The notes beneath the pieces were generated by a model. That model had not been told where the DNA came from. It made no database searches and saw only the letters and a list, made by a program, of their open reading frames with translations. From Massalongia carnosa (lineage: Eukaryota), in NCBI GenBank assembly GCA_965645245.1, contig OZ287081.1:1974746-1994745 (forward strand): 20,000 bases of DNA, in the 5' to 3' direction. Made by a program: the position numbers and the translations under genes. Below, one piece after another: positions 9,601 to 17,112 of this stretch (position 1 is the stretch's first letter; each line of letters opens with the position of its first letter).

Positions 9601-9756
9601 TTCGACCGGAACAACAAAATTTGATGTTTCCTCATACTGGTATGGGTACTCTTCTTCCGAAAACTCCTGCTCGTTCCGTTCTTCTGCAAAGTGTGTTCCT
9701 AGCTCTTTCTCGTAGTTCCCGTAATCATCCTCGAGCTCCTCTGAGACCGAAGTCTG
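6685..9756 (-). CDS. pol: Gypsy zinc finger-protease-RT-RNase H segment of gag-pol, bounded by in-frame stops
   Basis: CTRC...HLRKDC finger (9520-9585), protease CLDSG, RT GRVVIDIRGLN / FMDD (7792-7803), RNase H VDLDAS / TELEIAG / YTDHS / NIVPDALSR. Confidence 0.92.
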   Translation of the reverse strand, partial: QTSVSEELEDDYGNYEKELGTHFAEERNEQEFSEEEYPYQYEETSNFVVPVEPSIFLCTRCAASFSSRNKLFRHLRKDCWSQTEDTLTTVSMMTTVAKDKLSPNLAVVKTSPSSTDLRQKIMSTISPDKTKGVGYAFRGYHYATAQVSYGSSALMSEICLDSGTSVTMGDRAYLQKHVPDLVITRMASPVPIRGVGKGEVRTDEVALVQVNLDGISKDGPATGVIIIEVHIVDDLKVNLLIGNDVMTPQGMTLDLGKQIMTIDSCKGIKIPINSRARVAPHIKRTIRSKNAFTVLPGTTMRVPVTFNGQLPDDRDFLFEPQLAASHDLGHEGGVFAHIVDTDLSWVNIHNATSTPVVLPKRARLGSVVEYTHHGCYMTLPAEAHLATSGWKTGRSIRSLITKGAALMATAYATSVSSSGTIGVDTTTSIKPTSVIAPDMKMKLFNAVTVYGHIGMNQPLSDLVTEYQDVFIDQGTTVDIPEEEWMPINLKSGVVPKPPAKVYPVGRRDKECIDTTFDKLQEQGKLKFTTQPTTFSYPCFVVWKDTPSGRKGRVVIDIRGLNDITEIDSYPLPSQSDIIAAVSGYPYISTVDAVGWFYQFSVQHKDRHKLTVVSHRGQEEFGVALMGYKGTPPYVQRQTDRLLRPYRKFARAFMDDIIIFSSTLKEHVAHLRQLFDTFRLKRVSLAPSKSFLGYPSVILLGQRVDSLGMSTSEEKIAAITSLLFPINLRDLEIFLGLTGWLRTSIPRYAQRANPLQERKTALTRTLPVSSRGPARKRHSIRVFFYDPTTEEVLAFKDLQDAFRSPRFLVHFSPKRRLYVDLDASKSWGFAAIIYHVKGDILIIPSAYPAQADIEPIMFLSRCLNSAEKNYWPTELEIAGIVWVVRKIRHMIESTECPPTIIYTDHSAAIPISRQTSMTTSSTDKLNLRLVRASQYLSGFNLTLRHKSGKTNIVPDALSRLQADVSTAEKIGELEALYGCPVNLAQHELSSLLPDLAPVAYHVTLVEMADEFKNRLKKAYDDDEY

Positions 9757-11043
9757 TTATGCCTTCTGTTGAGGTCTTACGTGGTCAGACCAAGTACCAC
9801 GATTAGACCCTGGTTGCTGCTGCGGGTTCGTCATGGGACGAAGAGGTTGTCTAGGACCTCCGGGTGCGTTTGAAGGTACGTCCGCGATCTGAGGACGTTG
9901 GAACTGATTGGAGGGTACAGAAGCTGGGGCTCTTGCGTTTACGTTGGATAGGTTGTTCTGATAGCGAGGATCTTGTCGTGTCTGTTGTGAATATCCGTTG
10001 TGTTGGAAGCCACCATTGGGTGTACCCAGATATCTTTTGTCGAAGTATCCCTGTAATTGCTGAGGCATGTAAGTCTGACCAGTTTGCGGAATACGATAAG
10101 ATTCTCTATAAGGAAACTGATGCTGATCCTGAAAAAGCGACTTGTTCTGTTGAAAAGGCACTTGAAAAGGCCGTTGAAATGAACGAGAAAGAGACTGAGA
10201 AGGTCCTCCTCTTGTTTCGAACTTACTAGGTTGAATACGAGTGACCGGATGAGAGCGAGGTGCCTTGGCCCGAGCCAGCCAGTCATGCTTACACTCATCC
10301 ATGTCCTGAAGAAATTCGCTCAAGGTAGTGCCTTCCTTAGGCCTACGAAGGTCGCTTTGTCGCATCTCATTGTCTATACCGTTATAGATAATGTCCAACT
10401 GATTCTGCACACTGGTCATACCAGCATCCTTCGCAGATCGAAGCATCTTTTGGGCATACTCGCGTGGTTCCCGTCGATTAGCCGCGTCACGAATGGTGTA
10501 CTTCTCATGTAAGATGGCATCCATAGCTATGTTGGATGGCTGCTGGAACCTCCGTAAGAGTAACCTCTCCCATTGGCCTATCGATGTGTCTCGGCTGCCT
10601 GCTAGCTTGGTCATCTCCCGCTTATCGTCATCCAACTCACTGTGCCACCACTCCAATGCTTCGCCCTGTAAACACATCCACAGATTATTTCTCACTACGG
10701 CAGCACCCTTGGTGATGGCCATTTCCTTAGCCCTCTGGACAAAGAGATGAACGTCTCGGAAGTAAGTCTTGGTACCGTCATGTTCTATAGCGTTCCCGGT
10801 GCTGATAGACTTTTCATCGTAATTGGGATCAAAAAACCCTAACTCGGAAGATACCCAACGTGATTCTCCCCGAGGAGCACCAGCAATGGATCCTCCGTCC
10901 TCTGTGGACACACCAGGGTCAGGTGGGGAAGTTTTGGCAGCGGCAACGGCATATTTGGCTAGGGCATCTTCGACTGCCTTGTTGACCAAGGCTTCGATGT
11001 GAGCTTGGGATACAGTGGCTGCACTAGCGCTGGACCCGGCCAT
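9757..11043 (-). CDS. gag: Gypsy Gag-like protein (first in-frame ATG at 11043; the frame is open to 11622)
   Basis: Position after the 5' LTR/PBS; capsid-like segment LQGEALEWW...LLRRF, then a Gln/Pro-rich low-complexity region; in frame with pol across TAA 9757-9759. Confidence 0.8.
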   Translation of the reverse strand: MAGSSASAATVSQAHIEALVNKAVEDALAKYAVAAAKTSPPDPGVSTEDGGSIAGAPRGESRWVSSELGFFDPNYDEKSISTGNAIEHDGTKTYFRDVHLFVQRAKEMAITKGAAVVRNNLWMCLQGEALEWWHSELDDDKREMTKLAGSRDTSIGQWERLLLRRFQQPSNIAMDAILHEKYTIRDAANRREPREYAQKMLRSAKDAGMTSVQNQLDIIYNGIDNEMRQSDLRRPKEGTTLSEFLQDMDECKHDWLARAKAPRSHPVTRIQPSKFETRGGPSQSLSRSFQRPFQVPFQQNKSLFQDQHQFPYRESYRIPQTGQTYMPQQLQGYFDKRYLGTPNGGFQHNGYSQQTRQDPRYQNNLSNVNARAPASVPSNQFQRPQIADVPSNAPGGPRQPLRPMTNPQQQPGSNRGTWSDHVRPQQKA

Positions 11044-11664
11044 CTCTCTTGGTTCGATGGGTTGAGGAGTAGTGCTAGGGGGACGGTTAGTATTGTCGCG
11101 TTCCGCGAATGGCTGATAGGTTGGATGCTGTCTATGAGGCTTAGTTCTTATTCGATAGTCCTCGAAGACCGCTGTCCGGATGTCTTTTTCAGACCAGTTT
11201 GAAGGGTACGAGATAGTCTGAGAGCGTGTAACTGAACGGGTTCTGGCGCCAGAGCTTTCCGAGATCTCCCGTAAGCCTTCTGGTCGAGGAGAGACTGTAA
11301 CCAGGTACTTGACAAAGCTTGCTATGCGAAGAGGTAGTTCCAAGGTCAAGCTGGGATGGTCCGCCAACAGGTCGTGGATCTGAAAGGTCAGAACGAGAAG
11401 ATCCGCTTCCACGGGGATGGGGATGGAAGATGGAGCCAGGGTGATGGCTGTTCCAGTCAATGTACTGGTGGACAGGCACAGTAACACGGATGAAAGATAA
11501 GATGAAAGATGTGCAGGATAGTAAGGTCGGATGTGAATGTCTGCTAAGGCAGACCGAGCTTGGTTGAGTTCCTCAGCAAACAACTGGTGCCGGAGGACTG
11601 GCGATAGCTGAAGACGTATCAATTGGTGTCTAGAAGCTATCGTACTGGAATCAAGAAATCAAAA

Positions 11665-11675
11665 CAGTGCTACCA
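11665..11675 (-). other. Putative primer-binding site of the Gypsy element
   Basis: Minus strand reads TGGTAGCACTG one base after the 5' LTR. TGG complements tRNA CCA, and TGGTAGC resembles initiator-Met PBSs. The tRNA was not verified. Confidence 0.6.
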
Positions 11676-11676
11676 T

Positions 11677-11835
11677 TGTTGCGTCTAGGCAAGATTATAC
11701 GAGTGTTGAAAGATGTTGATTAAATGAGCAAGTCTGCTCGCCTATATAAGCTTAAAATACGCTAGTATCAATTGAGACTTCCCATAAAGGGAGCTACGAC
11801 TATAGTCATAATACCATAATACCATAGCTATAACA
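11677..11835 (-). repeat. 5' LTR of the Gypsy element
   Basis: 157/159 identical to 4984-5142; followed on the minus strand by a PBS-like TGGTAGC. Confidence 0.97.
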
Positions 11836-12357
11836 GGTATTGTCTTCTTTAAGACGTCAACACGAGACACGATCAAGGTGCATACGGATGCATGCCTCAC
11901 GGGTCTCGGAGGCTATTTTAAACAAGACAACGAGCTCGTGAATCAAAAAAACGCATGTAGGGCCCGAGTCCTAGTCCTCAATCGGGAAGAATCACCGAGC
12001 ATAAACGTCCGAGAAGTCGATACTATCCTTCTAATCCTTCAGAAATGGGCGCCGACATGGCGATATCGGCAGATCCTTGTCTTTACCGACAGCATCACAG
12101 CATATACAGGATTCACGAATCTAACCCTCAAGGGACCGGCCAACGCGCCTCTACGAGAAATACAGTCTATAGCTGCAAAGTGGGACATCGTACTACGTTG
12201 TCAATGGATCAGTGGCACTTCCGATGGACTAGCAGATGCCCCGTCACGTTTTGATGATGAAAGATTGGCTAACTTTTGCCCTCATTGGCAGAACCCATAC
12301 AATTCGATGAACCTCCCTCCACCTACCTATCCTCCACACCAGGGTCAGCCCTGGTAA
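11836..12357 (+). pseudogene. pol: RNase H of the YR retrotransposon (3' part of the interrupted pol)
   Basis: Continues ...DFNG-IVFFKTSTRDTIKVHTDAC; HTDA, INVRE, VFTDS and DGLADAPSR (degenerate NxxADALSR). Confidence 0.88.
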
Positions 12358-13439
12358 AACGCCTCGTCTGGCACGGACACTCGGTGGACACGAGAAAAGG
12401 GTACGGGACGGCGATCGACTCATACGAGGCATTCTGCGCGACGACGGGACGCACGTCGTGGCCTGCAACAACCGAGTCCCTCGAGGAGTGGCTAGCCGGT
12501 GGACTATACGGGGGCGGCACACCCAAGCAGGGAAAGATAAAACCAGAGACGGCAGCGAGCTACCTCGCCGGCCTCAGATCATACCATGTAGACCGAGGAT
12601 ACGGCCTCACCCCATTCGAGGGGCCGAGACTTCAATTGATCCTGAAAGGGGGAAAAAGTATCTTTTCTCAGACAAAAAGAAGACGCCTACCCATTTCAAA
12701 AGAATTACTAACAAAAATCATCAGTATTCCCGCTCATTCGGCCGAAGACCTCAATATCGACGCGACATTCAAAGTTGCATTGGCAGGGTTCCTCAGACTC
12801 GGGGAATTCACCTACACTGTCGCCTATCGGAAGAAGACATCTTTTCAGAGATTGAAACCTACACGAGGTGACATCTCATTCGCCGAGAACGATCAATACG
12901 CAAAATTACGTCTCAAAAGAAGTAAAACAGACACAAATCACTCAGGAGTTCAGATGTTGCTGGCAGCGACCAATGAGAGCACTTGCCCCGTGACAGCACT
13001 ACGGCGTCTTTTCAGAAATGATCCTCAGCCATCTACATCCCCTCTTTTTCGTCTCGGCACCGCATTCACCAAGGTCTGCGTCATAGCATCCCTGAAAAAG
13101 AGACTGATAGCCGCCGGCATCAACGACTCGGCATACTCGGGACACAGGTTCAGAAAAAGAGCAGCACAACACGCCGCCGACCATGGGATGCTGGATGAGA
13201 GTATTCAGAGACTCGGAAGATGGTCATCAAACGCGTTTCAGCTATACTTTCAGACGTCCCAGGCCTCACTATTCAATTTGAACCTCATTTTTCAAAAAGG
13301 CATCCCTCTGGCAGTCCCACGTGCTGTCGTCGCCGAGACGAATCCTACAAACTCCTACACCTACTCAATTGGGCATTCCACTGGGCGTACAGGTCAACCA
13401 GGTCATCGCTCCGGAGCGCCGCCGGGCACCTCCATCTAG
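12276..13439 (+). CDS. Tyrosine recombinase of the YR retrotransposon (no ATG at the 5' end)
   Basis: N-terminal SAM-like region (TRKGY...YLAGLRSYH); catalytic residues R (GFLRLGEF, 12795), K (RSKTD), HxxR (GHRFR, 13143-13154), W (LGRW, 13221) and Y (FQLY, 13245); overlaps the RNase H frame. Confidence 0.92.
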   Translation: MPSLAEPIQFDEPPSTYLSSTPGSALVKRLVWHGHSVDTRKGYGTAIDSYEAFCATTGRTSWPATTESLEEWLAGGLYGGGTPKQGKIKPETAASYLAGLRSYHVDRGYGLTPFEGPRLQLILKGGKSIFSQTKRRRLPISKELLTKIISIPAHSAEDLNIDATFKVALAGFLRLGEFTYTVAYRKKTSFQRLKPTRGDISFAENDQYAKLRLKRSKTDTNHSGVQMLLAATNESTCPVTALRRLFRNDPQPSTSPLFRLGTAFTKVCVIASLKKRLIAAGINDSAYSGHRFRKRAAQHAADHGMLDESIQRLGRWSSNAFQLYFQTSQASLFNLNLIFQKGIPLAVPRAVVAETNPTNSYTYSIGHSTGRTGQPGHRSGAPPGTSI

Positions 13440-13726
13440 ATCATCGCCGTCGGGCACTGCCGTCGGGCATCATCTATCGGATCGCTGAGCGTCAGCAGAC
13501 GCCTGGGGCCTAGAAGATGAGGTTCTCACCTCAGCACCAACCCCGAGTCACGAGCCTAGGCCTGCCCGGGCTGACCTGTGTCGTTCCCATGCCCAATCAA
13601 ATTCAAGCATTCAAATCAATTCATCCAATTAAAAGCCCCCCCAGCGCAAGCGAAGGAAACGGCACCGGTAAGGGTCATAGAACGGGAGTTTAGACTAGAG
13701 TTGAGCTAATTGTAATTTTAAAGTAT

Positions 13727-13765
13727 CCCTCTCGCTGTCATTCTAGCACCCCCCTCCCAAGCTAA
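13727..13765 (+). repeat. piggyBac left TIR
   Basis: ccctctcgctgtcattctagcacccccctcccaagctaa, the reverse complement of 15855-15893 at 38/39. Confidence 0.93.
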
Positions 13766-13927
13766 TCTATATTGGACTAGCTTCCGTACCGATGAGTCAT
13801 CAGAACATTAGTTTTCTCTAGAGTGTTTGCGCGTTTGTTTACTTTTCAAAGAATACTATTCGGTCATTCAATCAAAATAAATCACATAAATTATTATTCT
13901 TCTAGCTTCGGAATTGATATTATAAGT

Positions 13928-15760
13928 ATGACGCTCAATGAAGAAGAAATCCCGAGTGTATCAGACAAATCTCCCATTTCAGCGAAGCAACATAAAATAA
14001 ATCGCAAAAGAAGTGTTCGGGATATTTTAATCGACCTTCCCCCTATTTCCTCAAAATATACCCCCATTCGGGTTGAAAACAGGCCTTTTGTTCCGCTCGT
14101 TGAAAACGATTCTCGAAATCCTTTGGGATTATTTCGGTTATTTATAACAAGGCAGCATTGTCGTATCATCGCAAATCACACCAATATCAAGGCAAATAAC
14201 TACATGGAAAAGGAGAAGGAGAACAATCATCGGGTTTGGACTGACACTACTGACTCGGAAATTGAGGTTTTTTTGGGCATATTAATTCTTATGGGACTCG
14301 ATCATCTACCTGCTACAGAGGATTATTGGAATCAACGTCCTGACAAACCAGTTATCATGCCTATTCTGTCCGCGATGTCGCTTGGTCGATTTCAACAAAT
14401 CAAACGATTTTTGAAAATCAATAATAGACAGACTGAGCCTATCGGACTTGGTCAAGGACCTGATTTGTGGAAGAAACTGGAACCGTTGGCTACTGATTTC
14501 CGAAAGACTTCATTGAAACATTGCAGACCAGGAAGTATGATATCTATAGATGAACAGCTGGTGTTATTCAAGGGCCGTTCTCGACATACCTTGCAGATTA
14601 CTACAAAAAGTGCCCATAAAGGATTTAAAATCTACAGTCTCTGTCAGGATAATTATCTGTTGTCATTTATGTTTGCCTCGAAGAGTAGCAGAATAAGTGA
14701 ATTGAAAACAGTCAGACAATTGGGATTTTTGCCAAAAGATAAACTAACTCCTAGTGCTTTGCTAGTGATTCAGTTATGTAAAGAACATCCATCCTCACTG
14801 AATTATCATCTTTTCTGTGATAATTTCTTTACTAGTACGAAATTATTCAAGGCACTTCGATCAATCGGAATAGCTGCCAGTGGAACTGCTAAAAAGGGCT
14901 CGGGCTTTCCAGAAGAATTTTTGGCCATACGGGACGTCACTTCAAAAGGAAAAGACTGGGGTCTTCAGGCCCATATGGTGGTCGACGATAAGGTGCTTTG
15001 TATGGGCTGGGTGGATAATAATGGTGTGCAGTACATGACCACCGGTCATTCTCCTCAGGACTTGTACGAAATGCACTATATAAATCCGCACAAGAGATAT
15101 GGAATTCCCGAGACCTCTCTTCAACCTATTGTATCGTATTTCCCATCAACTCTGGCTCACTCTATTCCCTTGCTCAATCAAGAGGTTCAACGGCCCTTAG
15201 GATTACCGATACCAGCCCCAATCAAAGAATATAATCTTCATATGGGTGGATCGGATGGAAACGCTCAGCAACGAGCGATTTACTCATACAATCGTCGAAC
15301 GGATCGTTACTGGTGGCCTTTGTTCATTTTTATTTTAGATGCAGCCGGATTGAATGCCTATAAACTTTACTCGCTGAACTCTTTCGATTCCGAGGAGATA
15401 AAATTTACTCGTTCTGAATTTCTTCGTCGGATTGCTCTTGAACTGATATCAAATCAAGCGGGCATCAGGCCCGGCTCATCAAAGATAAGCATCAATACCA
15501 CGATTGATGCTTTAGTACCATCTCCCATTCATCATTACGTTCGTCTTGAAGGCAGAAAAAGATGTGTGCAATGTAACGCCGAGAAAAAACGACCTTCAAA
15601 GCGGAAGGGAGAGCCACTGGCTGAAATAAGTGTCGATGGGCGTAAAAGAAGGCGAAGGGGTGCTCAGATTATATGGGCTTGTGGAGGATGTAATCCAATC
15701 AGGCCCTGCTGTAAGAAAGCCAGCTGTTGGGAAGCTATTCATATGATAGGGGACGAGTAA
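13928..15760 (+). CDS. piggyBac transposase (DDD) with C-terminal Cys-rich domain
   Basis: Uninterrupted ORF from ATG 13928; ISIDEQLVLFKGR, LFCDNFFTS, YNLHMGGSD, WWPLF; C-terminal CVQC...CGGC...CC...CW and basic NLS-like KRRRR. Confidence 0.92.
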   Translation: MTLNEEEIPSVSDKSPISAKQHKINRKRSVRDILIDLPPISSKYTPIRVENRPFVPLVENDSRNPLGLFRLFITRQHCRIIANHTNIKANNYMEKEKENNHRVWTDTTDSEIEVFLGILILMGLDHLPATEDYWNQRPDKPVIMPILSAMSLGRFQQIKRFLKINNRQTEPIGLGQGPDLWKKLEPLATDFRKTSLKHCRPGSMISIDEQLVLFKGRSRHTLQITTKSAHKGFKIYSLCQDNYLLSFMFASKSSRISELKTVRQLGFLPKDKLTPSALLVIQLCKEHPSSLNYHLFCDNFFTSTKLFKALRSIGIAASGTAKKGSGFPEEFLAIRDVTSKGKDWGLQAHMVVDDKVLCMGWVDNNGVQYMTTGHSPQDLYEMHYINPHKRYGIPETSLQPIVSYFPSTLAHSIPLLNQEVQRPLGLPIPAPIKEYNLHMGGSDGNAQQRAIYSYNRRTDRYWWPLFIFILDAAGLNAYKLYSLNSFDSEEIKFTRSEFLRRIALELISNQAGIRPGSSKISINTTIDALVPSPIHHYVRLEGRKRCVQCNAEKKRPSKRKGEPLAEISVDGRKRRRRGAQIIWACGGCNPIRPCCKKASCWEAIHMIGDE

Positions 15761-15854
15761 ATAGGTATCTGATACTCCGTAGAACTTCTTGTGAATAGGA
15801 ATAACATTAATTGGTCAAAAGTTTAAGGTTTAGCGATTTCTAACCAACAATGGT

Positions 15855-15893
15855 TTAGCTTGGGGGGGGGGTGCTAGAATGACAGCGAGAGGG
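15855..15893 (-). repeat. piggyBac right TIR
   Basis: ttagcttggggggggggtgctagaatgacagcgagaggg. Confidence 0.93.
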
Positions 15894-16292
15894 ATAATGT
15901 ATCGAATAGAGAAGGATTAATTATGAATAGGCAAATAGGCCTTAGGGTCGACGCCTACTCGCCAGCTTTCCTTCGCTTTTGCATTTGCCTTAACTAATAT
16001 ACGGGCGTGAGTAAGCCGAGGCACTGCCTACGACCCCGCCCTCGGCCGCTGACCCAATCCCTGGCGAGGTGCCCACGCCAGCCAGACCTAGGGTTTTATG
16101 TACATTCAGAGTATTTCTCTATTCCGGGGATCACCTCGATTCTTAGGGGGAGCCATGCCAGAGGAAGGCTACTGACGGATATCCTCGGTAACAGCAACAG
16201 CCTTGGATTTGCATGCCGAGGTGTCGACTGGTTTCCTAGAGTCTACCCTTTACTCAAACTTACGGCGGATATACATTTTGTACGCCGCGGAA

Positions 16293-16420
16293 TGGGTTGG
16301 GTATTACGCAACCCAAAACCTAAACCCAATAGGTTATGGGCTGGGTTGGGTTCAGTTATTAAAATCAGAACCCAACCCAATTGGTTTTTGGTTGGGTTGG
16401 GTTATCATTGGGTTACCCAA
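16293..16420. repeat. Cluster of TGGGTT/AACCCA motifs in both orientations, probably hAT subterminal repeats
   Basis: More than ten copies in alternating orientation within ~130 bp, downstream of the hAT transposase remnant; a few similar motifs at 18881-18908. Confidence 0.6.
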
Positions 16421-16729
16421 CAGAAAAAATCTGCGAGTGTAAATTATGACTACTAGCATAACTACCACAAAACTCGAATGCAACATTTATTTCATAAGCT
16501 AGGATTTTTAATTATTTGTAGATTTATTTTAATGACTATCACAAATTAAAGTGTAGATTGTAGATGAAACATTTATTTCGTTGACGTCGAACTACCAAAA
16601 AGACTATTACAAATTCATATGTTATCTTCTATCTTCTATCGAAGTAAGTCGCCCATTCATCGCTTTCTATTTAAAACTCGTAAAGAAAGTCTCTCGCTAC
16701 CTCATTCTTTACTCTCCACCTTCTTGTCG

Positions 16730-16910
16730 CCCCCACCCTCCACCCCCCCTCCTCTACCTCATCCTCCACCCTACCCTTCTCCTCCTCCTCCTCCTCCTCT
16801 ACCTTATCTACCATACCATCCTCTATTAAACCCTCCTCTATCAAATCCTTTTCTATCATACCCTCCTCTATCATACCCTCGTCTATTTTACCCTCCTTTA
16901 CCTCCTCGCT
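16730..16910. repeat. Pyrimidine-rich low-complexity tract: (CTC)n plus imperfect 15-bp repeats (ccctcctctatcata-like)
   Basis: Directly visible; reads as acidic xIEEG repeats and poly-Glu on the minus strand. Confidence 0.8.
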
Positions 16911-17112
16911 TAATGGAAGCCTACCCCTTCTTGTGCGCGTTACAATACTTTTATTTCTATCGCGTTGCTCGGAAATGGAGTTTCTGTTATTGTAAGTTCG
17001 TTTCTTACCTTTCTGTAGAATAATTAGCTCAAGAAGACATGAGAGTAAGTGACTTGATGCTTATATCTCGAGCTAAGACCTGCTCAACCTGCGATGACCC
17101 GATCTGCGTTAA

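Larger units (their letters stand above)
4984..11835 (-). mobile_element. Full-length Ty3/Gypsy LTR retrotransposon with chromodomain integrase, 6852 bp
   Basis: Two 159-bp LTRs with TGTT...AACA termini; 5-bp TSD GGTAT at 4979-4983 and 11836-11840; gag-PR-RT-RH-IN-chromo order on the minus strand. Confidence 0.97.
2600..13700 (+). mobile_element. Tyrosine-recombinase retrotransposon (Ngaro/DIRS group), interrupted by a Ty3/Gypsy insertion; ends approximate
   Basis: Colinear gag (CCCH+CCHC), DIRS-type RT (YLDD), RNase H and overlapping tyrosine recombinase, with no protease or DDE integrase. The pol frame is restored exactly when the Gypsy element and one TSD copy are removed. Terminal repeats were not identified. 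Confidence 0.88.
13727..15893 (+). mobile_element. piggyBac-superfamily DNA transposon, 2167 bp
   Basis: 39-bp TIRs beginning CCCT (13727-13765 and 15855-15893, one mismatch) enclosing one transposase ORF. Confidence 0.93.

Noticed and set aside
13505..13580. Possible hammerhead or hairpin ribozyme at the YR element 3' end
   Set aside because: No CUGAUGA...GAAA core, and the AGAA/NGUC pieces are not in hairpin-ribozyme geometry
16293..16420. CRISPR array or interstitial telomere
   Set aside because: Eukaryotic context with no repeat-spacer periodicity; the units are not TTAGGG and occur in both orientations
16619..17023. Proline-rich extensin-like ORF
   Set aside because: Arises from a C/T-rich low-complexity repeat, with no support as a gene
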